DNA from: an uncultured Gammaproteobacteria bacterium | Lineage (GTDB): Bacteria; Patescibacteriota; Microgenomatia; Levybacterales; UBA12049 | Reading direction: 5' to 3' | Assembly (NCBI GenBank): GCA_964503265.1 | Contig: CAZCYO010000002.1 | Location: 130,604-194,603 of the forward strand | Length of the DNA: 64,000 nt | Shown here: one piece after another, positions 1 through 10,419 of the stretch | How the letters are laid out: each line of letters begins with the position of its first letter | How positions within the stretch are numbered: position 1 is the stretch's first letter | Notes under the pieces: model-generated | What the model saw: only the letters and a program-made list of their open reading frames with translations | Database searches by the model: none | What the model was told of the DNA's origin: nothing | Translations under genes and position numbers: made by a program

Positions 1-1346
1 AAACATACAAAGACTGTTTACAATTTATTGATTCATACTGGGATAAGATTATCCATGATTCTAAAGACAGCCAAGGAGATCCACATATCATTCCGCTTCC
101 AAATACATTTATTACGCCTAATGCAACATCTCACTGGAGAAACGCAATGTTTTATTGGGACAACTTTTTTATGTTCCGTGGACTCATCGGAACAGAGCGT
201 GAATGGGTAATCACAGAAGCAGTAGATAACCTTATTTATTTGTATAATACGTTCGGAATAATCCCAAATGCAAGTGTATGGGCCTTTTTAGGTCACTCTC
301 AGCCACCACTATTGACATCAATGATCTTCGATGCATACTACTCTATTCAACGAGCTAGTGGTGTTTCTGAACTTGGGAAAAATGCTTTTATTAAGAGATG
401 GTTACAAAGTAGAATTGACGTCGCAAAAAAAGAATATGAGCACGTATGGATGGATGATACACGATATACACATCGTGTTGAAAAATATGATCTAAGTAGA
501 TATGGAGACCGCGACGTCGGGTATGCTCTCACATCCGAACGAGAATCTGGCTGGGATTTTACGACTCGTTTTTATAATCGTTGTAATGATTTTTTACCTG
601 TCGATCTTAATTCATATCTCCATAAATATGAAAAGGACTTTGCAAAAGCTGCTAATATTCTCGGTCAAAAAGATGAAGAAAAAATGTGGGATGACAAAGC
701 TGAAAAACGACGGAAAACAATTAGTACATATATGTGGAACGAAGAAAAAGGCTTTTTCTTTGATTACGATTACCAGTATGGTCAACAAAGTGAATTTTAT
801 TCACTCGCTGGCTTTGTCCCATTATGGGGGAAGGTAGCGACATATGAACAGGCAAAAAAGGCGAGAGAAAAACTTCCTCTTTTTGAAACAGATTATGGAC
901 TAACTATTACTGCTCGAGACTCAATGCCACCAGCGCTTCATTTCGAACATATCCCTGAAGCGTATCGATATTCGATTGAAGAAATGATGGAACCGAAACA
1001 ATGGGATTATCCGCATATCTGGGCTCCGCTTGAATACCTTACAGTCATAGGTCTTCTTAGGTATGGCTTTACTGACGACGCAGCAAGAATTATGAAAAAA
1101 TCTATAAAAGCTAACTATGCAGTATTTAAAAAATATGGCATGCTCCTTGAAAAACTAGATGCAACGACGGGGGAGAAACCAAAAGATTTTTGGTACCCCT
1201 CTCAATTGGGCTTTGGATGGACAAACGGAGTATTTCACCGATATGTCTCTTTACTCGATCTCATTACAGATAAAAAAGGGAAGATCCTAAGTGACGAACG
1301 ATTAAAAAAAGGTCCACCATATAGCCTTACAGATATTATTCATTAA
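1..1346 (+). CDS. trehalase (glycoside hydrolase family 37), 5'-truncated at window edge
   Basis: Frame 3 is open from nt 3 (TYKDCLQFIDSYWDKIIHDSKDSQGDPHIIPLPNTF...). Carries both GH37 signature regions (...AMFYWDNFFMFRGL... and ...QWDYPHIWAPLEYL...). Confidence 0.8.
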   Translation, partial: TYKDCLQFIDSYWDKIIHDSKDSQGDPHIIPLPNTFITPNATSHWRNAMFYWDNFFMFRGLIGTEREWVITEAVDNLIYLYNTFGIIPNASVWAFLGHSQPPLLTSMIFDAYYSIQRASGVSELGKNAFIKRWLQSRIDVAKKEYEHVWMDDTRYTHRVEKYDLSRYGDRDVGYALTSERESGWDFTTRFYNRCNDFLPVDLNSYLHKYEKDFAKAANILGQKDEEKMWDDKAEKRRKTISTYMWNEEKGFFFDYDYQYGQQSEFYSLAGFVPLWGKVATYEQAKKAREKLPLFETDYGLTITARDSMPPALHFEHIPEAYRYSIEEMMEPKQWDYPHIWAPLEYLTVIGLLRYGFTDDAARIMKKSIKANYAVFKKYGMLLEKLDATTGEKPKDFWYPSQLGFGWTNGVFHRYVSLLDLITDKKGKILSDERLKKGPPYSLTDIIH

Positions 1347-1432
1347 TAGTACGCTAGAGGAGGAAATTACATTCTGCGACATGACAGAGATCTTGACTCT
1401 CCCCTATTTTAGGCATATACTCGCAGCCAGAT

Positions 1433-2077
1433 ATGTCACGAGAGGAGTTTTCTATCTCTGTAGACCATGAACCGAAAGAACCGTTACAAGTTTTTAGCTA
1501 TTTAAATGTGCAATTTGAACCTCGACGTGCATTTATACACGCACTTCATCATAAAGGATATCCGTTAGATTTTCAGGAAGACACGAACGAGCCAGGTCAA
1601 ATGAATGTACACACTGACACGCATGCAGCAAGCAAAGTAACACAACTTATGGGCATGTACGAGCAAAGCACCATTTATAGACTGCTAGGTGACGTATATG
1701 AAGGCTATCCAGAGTCACTGGAGAAATATCTACGCTTAATACCAATCGAACAGATTCACCCACAAGATGAACCCTATCGTCAGGCTGATTTTCAGCATAG
1801 TGTGGTTGAAAATTTTTTCGTTCGTGCTTATGAAAGGAACAAAGAGAAATTACAAGATTTTGGTAACCGTCCACCTGATAGTCCACGTACAATGCAAGAT
1901 TACATCGAATATACATACAGAACTAAACTAGTAGCCACACAACGCGCTACATATGATTATGCTCGTAATCGTGGGGTCTACGGATCAACAAGTAATGATC
2001 TTCCATATATTCTTTATCCATTCATTGATCAATTAACTCGAGCAAACACACAGTTATTACCAAGAAATTCAATTTAG
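1433..2077 (+). CDS. hypothetical protein
   Basis: 214-aa ORF with balanced composition; no motif recognised. Confidence 0.4.
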   Translation: MSREEFSISVDHEPKEPLQVFSYLNVQFEPRRAFIHALHHKGYPLDFQEDTNEPGQMNVHTDTHAASKVTQLMGMYEQSTIYRLLGDVYEGYPESLEKYLRLIPIEQIHPQDEPYRQADFQHSVVENFFVRAYERNKEKLQDFGNRPPDSPRTMQDYIEYTYRTKLVATQRATYDYARNRGVYGSTSNDLPYILYPFIDQLTRANTQLLPRNSI

Positions 2078-3211
2078 CCTCAAAAAACAGAGAAAAATGG
2101 TCATTTCTGAGGCTAATACGTCACCAGATGCTCCAGGACACGTCAAATATATTAAAATGAATAAGTAGTCGTCTAAGTTGCGTGGATTTACCCTTACTTG
2201 TCTACAAACTCTTAAAAAACCCTTAATCAACCCCTGAAAATAGTTATATCTGCAATGTTAACAAATCGCAAGAAATAATGTACATCTACAGATCGAATTA
2301 TCATTCTATCCAACACTTGTGCAGTCAGTAGTAGCTATAAGGTCCTTCTCTCCGCATAGATTGTCAAGGGAAGGGCTATTTACTCACTATTTAGCCTTGG
2401 ATTTTGAGAAAAAAACGTTGTGAAAAATGCGTCAGTCCCATAGTGGGGAAGTCTGACAAATAAAGAATTAAGAGAAAGTTACGGAGAAATAAGCACGAAC
2501 AATATAAATAGGTACATTATTGACACCAAATATGTACAAATTGAGGCTAAAGAAAACAAGTCCTCTCCACGGTTTTCTCGATCATCATGTCGTAAAAGTA
2601 TTATTGTGCGACATGATGATATTCTCTTCTCTGGGCTTTGGGTTAGTACCAGACCAACATGTGTACATAAGCAGTACCATAAGAAGCATACTATCGATAA
2701 CTAATTGTTAACTTGTGCCTATTCTAGCCCTTCCCCAGAGATGTCATTTTACGCGTTTTTAGCCTCTTTCTAATCTGTGAAAAGTGTAGTTATTTTCCAT
2801 GAAAAGTGTGCATAAACAGACATATTTACCTTGATAAATCAACCCATTCTCTATTATTTAGCTTCATATTGTTATAAAATATGTTATAGTATTTCGTATT
2901 TTTTTCGATTGATATCTGACTTGTTTGCTTCAATGCACTAGTCAACCCACATCCCTCTCCTCCACCCATATATATCAAACTATATCACTATTATCCTATA
3001 ATTATATTATGGGACTCTCCTGCTTGTAGCCTATTCCCACTTCTCTCTCTTCACCACTCTTCTTCTCTACCAATTTCAAACATCCTGCAAATTACCCTTT
3101 TATTGCACACATTTATTACAGAGAGAAATTGCTAATTTAGCAATTTAGCATTATAAATATAATAATTACTATAGGACGTTATAATGCATTGAAAGAAGCT
3201 TTTGAAGACCG

Positions 3212-4084
3212 CTATTTCCCCCACTGGGTGAAAAGAACTAACATAAAGAAAACAATAACGCATACCCAGGCATACTCCCATAGCACATTTCTAAAAAGTC
3301 GCTTTTCAAGCCATACGTGTGATAATCCTGCGAAGACATAGAAAATCCCTGTTAAAAAAATGGCGATGATAGTAGGACTTGTCGGCCAAAACCACACAGC
3401 AATAGCAATCTCAGCTAAACACGTCGTCATGCCAAGTATCCATAGAGGTGTTGAGTATCCTGTTTTTTGCAGTGAGTATGTCCAGATCGAGTGAAATGAT
3501 AAAAGATAGGTATAGATAGCTACGAGGAGTACTTCATAGAGAACGAAGATGTGGAGTGAAAAAACGATATTAGAAAAGAAGAAATATGACAGTAATGTAA
3601 TTACAAAAGAAACAATTCGTGCACCAGATAATAATTGAATTGTACGAATGGACGAAACAACAAAAATATTTTGACTTAAAAATAACGAATATAATCCAAA
3701 GGCATACAACAGTGTTAGTAATAATCTAAAAATAATCCTTCCTGGAATTAAAAAATAGAACGATCCAAATGCGAGTGAGTAAAAGAATGGAAGAATAAAT
3801 ACAACAAACCCATTCGTCTCATTTAGATCATCTTTAATCGCCCAAAAGAGACAAATATCTGTAAGGATTGATAGAACGAGACCCGTCAGCAGCCCTGATT
3901 TTCCAAACTGAAATTCACTAATAAAAAGGAGAATGGAAAGCAGTGTCACTGAAATAATAAATTTTTGTCTTTTCTCAATCGTAAATTGGATTATTTTTTT
4001 TGTACTTTTCCCTTTCGGTTTTGTTTTTGCGGTAAAACGACCGGGGAAAAGTGATGAGAAAGAAAATCGGTGTAAAAGTTGCAT
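3212..4084 (-). CDS. polytopic integral membrane protein, function unknown
   Basis: 290-aa ORF with many hydrophobic helices; basic N-terminal tail. Confidence 0.45.
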   Translation of the reverse strand: MQLLHRFSFSSLFPGRFTAKTKPKGKSTKKIIQFTIEKRQKFIISVTLLSILLFISEFQFGKSGLLTGLVLSILTDICLFWAIKDDLNETNGFVVFILPFFYSLAFGSFYFLIPGRIIFRLLLTLLYAFGLYSLFLSQNIFVVSSIRTIQLLSGARIVSFVITLLSYFFFSNIVFSLHIFVLYEVLLVAIYTYLLSFHSIWTYSLQKTGYSTPLWILGMTTCLAEIAIAVWFWPTSPTIIAIFLTGIFYVFAGLSHVWLEKRLFRNVLWEYAWVCVIVFFMLVLFTQWGK

Positions 4085-4111
4085 AATGAGGAGTCTAAAT
4101 AGTATACCGCA

Positions 4112-4861
4112 TTAGCTTAGTTGTTTCATTACTTCGTCTGGAATATCAAAGTTAGCATATACTTTTTGTACATCTCCCAGTGATTCAAGCCGCTCAAGGA
4201 GCGAGAGAATTTTTTGTGCTTTTTCAATCTCTTCAATTGAAACAATAATAGTTGGCTTTCGCGTAAATTCCGCACCAGTAATGGTAAGTCCTGCATTCGC
4301 AAGTGTTTCTCGCACAGCATTTAACTCCTCTGGTTTCGTATAAACCGTAACTTCTTCTTCTCCATCTTCCACATCTTCTGCCCCAGCCTCTGCAGCAGTT
4401 AAAAACAACTCGTCCAGTGTCTGACCATTTTTTTGCACAGAAATAAGGCCTTTTTGTTCGAATTGATATGAAACAGCTCCAGGAACTCCGAGACTACCCC
4501 CATTTTTATCAAATGTACTTTTTACCTCGCTTACTGTTCGCTGATTATTGTCAGTTGCGGTTTCGACGATAATACTGACTCCACCAGGGCCAAACCCTTC
4601 ATAAACTGCTTCATCCATATCCCCTGCCATTTTCCCAGATGCACGAGAAATTGCCCGGTCAATATTATCTTTTGGCATATTTGCGGCACGCGCTGCATCA
4701 ACTGCTAAACGGAGCTTGAAGTTAAAACTAGGATCTGCCGATCCACCACTTCTAACTGCAATAGTAATCGCATTTGAAAGCTTCGTGAAAGCTTGCCCTC
4801 TTTTCGAGTCGTTTAATCCTTTTTGTCTTTTAATTGTTGACCACTTAGAATGTCCACTCAT
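4112..4861 (-). CDS. yebC: YebC/PmpR family DNA-binding regulatory protein
   Basis: N-terminus MSGHSKWSTIKRQKG... and full-length similarity pattern typical of YebC/TACO1 family. Confidence 0.85.
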   Translation of the reverse strand: MSGHSKWSTIKRQKGLNDSKRGQAFTKLSNAITIAVRSGGSADPSFNFKLRLAVDAARAANMPKDNIDRAISRASGKMAGDMDEAVYEGFGPGGVSIIVETATDNNQRTVSEVKSTFDKNGGSLGVPGAVSYQFEQKGLISVQKNGQTLDELFLTAAEAGAEDVEDGEEEVTVYTKPEELNAVRETLANAGLTITGAEFTRKPTIIVSIEEIEKAQKILSLLERLESLGDVQKVYANFDIPDEVMKQLS

Positions 4862-5013
4862 AAATTAGCGTTTAGAAATTAGTAATAAGCGTTTAGATCA
4901 ATTCAAACAAATTTTATCTATACGCTAACAGCTTTTATCTAACCGCTGTATTATACCCTCTCATTATTGACTTTTGCAACAAAACAACGTAAAATTTCTT
5001 CTTAACGTGCTGG

Positions 5014-5736
5014 ATGATATTTTCTCTCTTTAAAGCACATAAAAGAATGAATTCTCTAAAAAACCAAGCAATTCAAGCAGCGCTACACGGAGATTGGAAC
5101 AACGCAATTACCCTTAACAAGGAGATTCTTCAAGAAGAGCCAGAAAATATTGACGCACTTAATCGATTAGGTTTTGCTCATGCAAGTCTTGGTACTATCG
5201 ATTCTGCAAAAGAGTTTTACCAAAAAGTGCTTGAACTTGATATACAAAATCCGATTGCTACAAAAAACCTCAAGAGATTAAACAGTATGAATGGGAAAAC
5301 ACCCGCTCCTGTTATTTATAAGATGAATAATATTTTCATCGAGGAACCAGGTAAAACAAAAGTTATTGAACTTCTTAACATCGCTGATCAAAAAGCGACA
5401 TCTCACCTCCATTGTGGTGAAGAGCTCCAGCTTTCTGTGAAAAGAATGAAAATATTTGTGCTCGATAACGAAAAACAATATATTGGTATGCTTCCAGATG
5501 ATACGAGTAAGCGCCTGATTGATTTCATCCAAGGAGGCAATATTTATGAAGCATATGTAAAAACAGTCGATGAACACAAAGTAACAGTATTTGTCAAAGA
5601 AACATTCAGATCTCCTAAATATAAAAACCAACAATCATTTATCAATACTGAAAAATCAAAATTATCATTTGAGACAAAGGGTTCAGGAGATGATGAAGAT
5701 AACGATGATTCGGTTAACGATCAAAGCGACGAATGA
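5014..5736 (+). CDS. hypothetical TPR-like protein with acidic S/D/E-rich C-terminal tail
   Basis: Helical repeat-like N-terminal region (…ALNRLGFAHASLGTIDSAKEFYQKVLELD…); C-terminal GSGDDEDNDDSVNDQSDE. Start may be the internal Met at 5047. Confidence 0.4.
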   Translation: MIFSLFKAHKRMNSLKNQAIQAALHGDWNNAITLNKEILQEEPENIDALNRLGFAHASLGTIDSAKEFYQKVLELDIQNPIATKNLKRLNSMNGKTPAPVIYKMNNIFIEEPGKTKVIELLNIADQKATSHLHCGEELQLSVKRMKIFVLDNEKQYIGMLPDDTSKRLIDFIQGGNIYEAYVKTVDEHKVTVFVKETFRSPKYKNQQSFINTEKSKLSFETKGSGDDEDNDDSVNDQSDE

Positions 5737-5881
5737 CCTCGATGAAATACCACACGTTCTTTCTTAAGTGATTTTCGTGCTTGAGAAATCTCTTTTATTT
5801 TACGTAAATTCCATAGTGAAAATAACGATAACAAAAAAGACAGCACCGCAATTCCTAACACGATAACCAAAAATGGAATAT

Positions 5882-6670
5882 TCATTTTACTATTCCTTTC
5901 TGAAAGTCTTCTCCAAGAGTTACTACGATATCAGATAGTCCTTTGTTTTCTTGTGATTGTGCTGTGACGTGAAGAATTCTTTCTAGTTTTTTGACCGTGT
6001 ATGTTTTATTTCCATAATACATTAGTTTAGATTTTACAGAAGTGTTAGGTGCTGAAGTAACGGAGATTACTGTACCTCCTGATTTTTCTATAATATCACC
6101 AAATCGAGATCCTAATCCTGATGTATCAGATGCGTTAATAATAGAAAGTGTCTTGTTATCGTTCGTAATACCACTATCGATCATAAGATCTTTTGTCTCT
6201 GTAGTAAACTTTTCTTGTGGTAGTGGAAATTCATATGATTGACGTATTATATCTTCTTCAGGTATCGCTTTACTCGCTGTAATGAGTCTAAGCATGTCAT
6301 AGGCATTAACATGTAAGTTTATAAGAAGATCAGATAGGTCGGCTGTTACTGAACGCTCAGGCGAAGTATTGTGGTTGACTACAGTGTCAATCGGTAACCC
6401 AAGAAATATATCTAAGGGAGGCAAGTCGTCTTTTCCTTTTAGAAAAAGTACAAGCATTTTCTTAGAAGTCGGATCTAAGGAAATAATTTTTGCTTCTTTT
6501 GCATTTTTTTTAATTTCAATGGTATATCTGTGATCTCCGTCAAAAGTACTTGAGCGAATAAGAGTAAAAAGTCGTATTCCAAGAGAAATAGCTATGAGAA
6601 GTAATACAAAAATACAAAAGAAAATAACTTTCTGAATACTGTTTGGTTCACGAGCTTTCGTATGTTTCAT
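5882..6670 (-). CDS. membrane-anchored hypothetical protein (single N-terminal TM; possible LytR_C-like fold)
   Basis: N-terminal TM helix followed by a soluble domain; only weak resemblance to LCP C-terminal domains. Confidence 0.35.
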   Translation of the reverse strand: MKHTKAREPNSIQKVIFFCIFVLLLIAISLGIRLFTLIRSSTFDGDHRYTIEIKKNAKEAKIISLDPTSKKMLVLFLKGKDDLPPLDIFLGLPIDTVVNHNTSPERSVTADLSDLLINLHVNAYDMLRLITASKAIPEEDIIRQSYEFPLPQEKFTTETKDLMIDSGITNDNKTLSIINASDTSGLGSRFGDIIEKSGGTVISVTSAPNTSVKSKLMYYGNKTYTVKKLERILHVTAQSQENKGLSDIVVTLGEDFQKGIVK

Positions 6671-7019
6671 GGGCAGAAATCACATGGTATCAAGAGTATC
6701 AGATGTATCAAAAGCTTATGCTTGATTTAAAGCTCCTGGTACCTTTGATACCCCTGATACTTTTTAACCCTTTTATTTATTGGTTTGGTTTTTTCTTTTC
6801 AATTACTTTTGGTAAAACAAAAGTAGGTGCGTTTGATGGATATTGAGAAATATTTTTGTTTTCTTGTTGTTTTTTTTTCTTTTTTTCACCTTTATAAAAA
6901 TCTCCAGCCATAAATACTCAACCCCCTTTCTCGTAATGATTAGTTATTTGTGATTGGTAATTAGACAATAAGGATTTTGTCCAATAACTAATAACCCATC
7001 ACCGATATAATTATTTTAC

Positions 7020-7802
7020 CTACTCTTCCAGATTTTCACAACTGGAGAGTACTTTTTCTAGTTCATCTGGCAAGGCAGCAGTAAAAGAGATAGGTTCACC
7101 TGTAGTAGGGTTACTAAAGGAAATTGAATATGCATGAAGAAAGACTCTTTCGAGAAGTTGTCTGTCATCTCGTGACGTTTTACGCCCTGCATAGAGAAAA
7201 TCCGCAAAAACTGGATGATTAAGGTATTTCATATGAACTCGGATTTGATGCGTACGGCCTGTTTCAGGACTTACTTCAAGAAGTGAAAGTGTTTCTTTTT
7301 TCTTATTCATTTTAAGAACCACGTGCTTTGTTACATGATAGCGCGTGAGCGCTTCTCGACCACCTGCAACAACACCAAACTGCCGTCTATTCCAGGGAAG
7401 CCTTCCAACAGGAATGTTTATTTCTCCATCAATTGGAACAACTTTTCCATGGACAAGTGTCAAATATGTTTTTTTAACTGATCGTTCTTTAAATTGTTTT
7501 TGAAGTGCCTCGAATGACTCTTTGGTTTTTGCGATAAGCAGTATTCCTGATGTTTCTTTATCAATTCTGTGAACAATGCCTCCCCGTTCTAAAAAAAGTT
7601 GATTATAATCATACATTTTTTCTCCTGTTTCATCGTCAACTTCTTCAACTCTCGCTGGAGCTGGAGGAAGATGTAAGTACTCTTCTGACCAATCTTGGAT
7701 CGTCGCTTCATGAATCGTGGTATCTGATTTATTAACTGTTACACCCGCTGGTTTGTTAATAACCAGAAGTGCTTCGTCTTCGTAAATAATTGTGGGTATC
7801 AT
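7020..7802 (-). CDS. RluA-family 23S rRNA/tRNA pseudouridine synthase
   Basis: Catalytic motif HRIDKETSGILLIAKT and overall RluA/RluD architecture. Confidence 0.8.
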   Translation of the reverse strand: MIPTIIYEDEALLVINKPAGVTVNKSDTTIHEATIQDWSEEYLHLPPAPARVEEVDDETGEKMYDYNQLFLERGGIVHRIDKETSGILLIAKTKESFEALQKQFKERSVKKTYLTLVHGKVVPIDGEINIPVGRLPWNRRQFGVVAGGREALTRYHVTKHVVLKMNKKKETLSLLEVSPETGRTHQIRVHMKYLNHPVFADFLYAGRKTSRDDRQLLERVFLHAYSISFSNPTTGEPISFTAALPDELEKVLSSCENLEE

Positions 7803-7843
7803 ACTCGTATTGTAACAGAAAAAAGGATCAAATCCTATAGCAA

Positions 7844-8533
7844 TTACCTGGGGCGTTTCTTAATAAATTCATGTCGAATAATATATCCCAGCGAAAAGAC
7901 AAACAGTATAAATGACAGAATTTCACTTCCGTTCATAAAGAAATGTTCGGGACGACGAAATGGAATCATGTTTGCTAAAAACGATACAAGCGAAATCGAC
8001 ATGATAATAAGAAAAGTGCTGGTTCCATCTCTCACTTCTCCGCGTACGACAGCTGGTTGTACAAGCTTCATCATGATGGTGTACAGAATTGGATAAAAAA
8101 GTATCTCACCAATAATAACCATAATATATGGATGTGCTGGCAAAAAAAGAGTTCCGAGTAATCCAACTGGGAATGCGATAAGTAATACGATACTGAGTAA
8201 ATCTGCTACTCTATCAAAAGGAAATTTCTTGAGTTTTGAATAATACAGCAGAAATAATAATGCCCCAATAATACCTCCAGATAATGATAATCCCGGAAAG
8301 TAAGGAACAAGAAAAAATACGAGTAGGTTAAGATACTTCCAGCTTGGATTAAACGCTACATAAAATATACGTGCAAATAACAGCCCAGAGAAACATGTTA
8401 ATATCGCAATATTAAATAATTGCTCGAGCGTAACATTTTTTCTCATGAGCACCCAATCTTCTCGTGAAAGAATATGAAGAACAAACAGAAACGTGAGAAA
8501 ACTAAGCGTAAGAAATAAAAGTGAAAACTGCAT
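7844..8533 (-). CDS. Lgt-like (prolipoprotein diacylglyceryl transferase family) membrane protein lacking the GRxGNF signature
   Basis: Colinear blocks resemble Lgt (ARIFYV; PGLSLSGGIIGALL; KLKKFPFDRVADLLSIVLLIAFPVG) but the expected GRWGNFxNxE motif is replaced by GLLGTLF. Confidence 0.45.
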   Translation of the reverse strand: MQFSLLFLTLSFLTFLFVLHILSREDWVLMRKNVTLEQLFNIAILTCFSGLLFARIFYVAFNPSWKYLNLLVFFLVPYFPGLSLSGGIIGALLFLLYYSKLKKFPFDRVADLLSIVLLIAFPVGLLGTLFLPAHPYIMVIIGEILFYPILYTIMMKLVQPAVVRGEVRDGTSTFLIIMSISLVSFLANMIPFRRPEHFFMNGSEILSFILFVFSLGYIIRHEFIKKRPR

Positions 8534-8534
8534 A

Positions 8535-9800
8535 TTACAATAATTTAATTCTACTAACCGAGACCATGAGTAAACTTAGTCCAATTCCAATTAATACAGG
8601 TGTTATACCTAACCAGTCTGATAAACTTCCAACGAGTAACACGGGAAGGAAGGAAAATAATCCGACTAGTGTATTCATAACTCCATATACTTTCCCACGA
8701 ACCTCATCTGAAGTTTGTTCTTGAAGGATTGTATTTGAAGGGACAAAGACAAGAGCATTAGCGATTCCGACAATAAATGCGAGGATAATAACAATGTGAA
8801 TATTTGTGATCATAAGTATCTTTGGAAGAAACGGATTAAGGAGCTGAACAAATCCTTTTGCTGCAATTTTAGAACAGAATGGTAAAATGATCATCGCACT
8901 GCCTGTTAATGTAATTCCCATAGTTACCATACGATTTTTGTTCATATGCTGCATAAAATTTCCGATGAGAATTGCGCCAACAATCGTCCCGACAGCTGCA
9001 GGGGCAATAAAAATAATTGGAAATTCTGCGATATCCATATTGAGGACATTTGCTGCATATCCTGGTGCTATAGCAGCGATCAGTAAGATGAAAACCTGAG
9101 CAAGCGCGAGCATCATTACTGAGTGAAAAATAGCTTTCGTGCGAGCAACAAGCGAGAAGACGTGACGAATTTCGTGCATGAAGGATCTATTTGTTATATC
9201 TATTTCGATTTTTTTCTCTTCATCAGGCTTCTTAAGTTTAATAAGCCAAATGAATGCTGCGCCGATTAATAACAGTGCCGTAATAAAAAGAAGGGTATTT
9301 GTTTTCCCAAGAGCTAAAAATACTGGCCCAGTTGAAATATATGCTAATAAAATAGAGCCTAAAATTCCCATTCCAAAAAGCGCATTTGCTGAAAATAAAT
9401 ACTTTTCAGAGACAACAAGTGGGATCAGTGGTGATTCAGCTGGGATAAAAAACTGCGTCGTTACAGCCACTGAAAATGAGATCAGATAAACGACCGTCAA
9501 ATTTGACTGCGTGAATACAAGTAAGAAAACAAGCACTGCACGGATAATATTCGTGGTATATAAGACATTTTTCTTATTCCACCTATCGACATAGACTCCA
9601 GCGACAATCCCAAATAGAATTGCTGGGACTGTATAGGAAATAACAACACCAGATACGGCAGTATTTGAATGAGTAAGTGCGTACACTGCGAAGATAAGAT
9701 AGAAATTAAAGAGGTTACTTGCAATTTGAGTAAAAATTTCACCCAACCACAAATAAAGGAATGACCTTTCGGAAAATGCACGAAAAATATGATCTTTCAT
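8535..9800 (-). CDS. MFS transporter
   Basis: 421 aa, ~12 predicted TM helices. Loop motif between TM2 and TM3 (GVYVDRWNKKNVL) is typical of the major facilitator superfamily. Confidence 0.75.
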   Translation of the reverse strand: MKDHIFRAFSERSFLYLWLGEIFTQIASNLFNFYLIFAVYALTHSNTAVSGVVISYTVPAILFGIVAGVYVDRWNKKNVLYTTNIIRAVLVFLLVFTQSNLTVVYLISFSVAVTTQFFIPAESPLIPLVVSEKYLFSANALFGMGILGSILLAYISTGPVFLALGKTNTLLFITALLLIGAAFIWLIKLKKPDEEKKIEIDITNRSFMHEIRHVFSLVARTKAIFHSVMMLALAQVFILLIAAIAPGYAANVLNMDIAEFPIIFIAPAAVGTIVGAILIGNFMQHMNKNRMVTMGITLTGSAMIILPFCSKIAAKGFVQLLNPFLPKILMITNIHIVIILAFIVGIANALVFVPSNTILQEQTSDEVRGKVYGVMNTLVGLFSFLPVLLVGSLSDWLGITPVLIGIGLSLLMVSVSRIKLL

Positions 9801-10357
9801 TACTGGGCTTTTTCACTATATTCCCCTGTTCGAGTATCAACTTTTATCTTTTCTCCAATATTGATGAAAAGAGGAACTTTAGTAGTTAGGCCATTTTCTA
9901 GTGTAGCATCTTTAAACACGTTTGTGGCAGAGTTACCTTTAACTCCTGGAGTGGTTTCGACAACTTCAAACACCATTTTCGGGGGGAAAAGGACACTGAG
10001 TGCCTCTCCATCGAGGAAACTTCCGACAAATTCTTCCCCTTCTTTGAGATATGCGTGTTCTGGAATTTTTTTAAGAGGAATTGTGATCTGTTCATAGGTA
10101 TGAGGATTCATAAAGTATGCGTTATCCTCATCTTTATAGAGAAATTGAATTTCACTTTTTAGTACCATCACGTCCTGTACTTTCGCGCCGTTAATATAAC
10201 TTTTTTCGACCACTCCACCACTGGTTAAATTACGAACCTTTACTTTAATATTCGCACTTCCCCGCCCCATTTTAATATGTTCGTAGGAAATTACCTGAAG
10301 GAGTGCTCCATCTTCATTATAGGTGGTACCTGCTTTGAGATCTGTTACGCCTATCAT
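9800..10357 (-). CDS. efp: elongation factor P
   Basis: MIGVTDLKAG...KPGKGSANIKVKVRNLTSG... EF-P KOW/OB pattern. Start placed at the internal Met, because the upstream extension in the ORF track is not conserved in EF-P. Confidence 0.85.
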   Translation of the reverse strand: MIGVTDLKAGTTYNEDGALLQVISYEHIKMGRGSANIKVKVRNLTSGGVVEKSYINGAKVQDVMVLKSEIQFLYKDEDNAYFMNPHTYEQITIPLKKIPEHAYLKEGEEFVGSFLDGEALSVLFPPKMVFEVVETTPGVKGNSATNVFKDATLENGLTTKVPLFINIGEKIKVDTRTGEYSEKAQ

Positions 10358-10419
10358 AATTTGCTTAGTGCAAAGGGCTAAGGGCATAGAGTAGTTTTCT
10401 CTACGCTCTAAGCACTATG

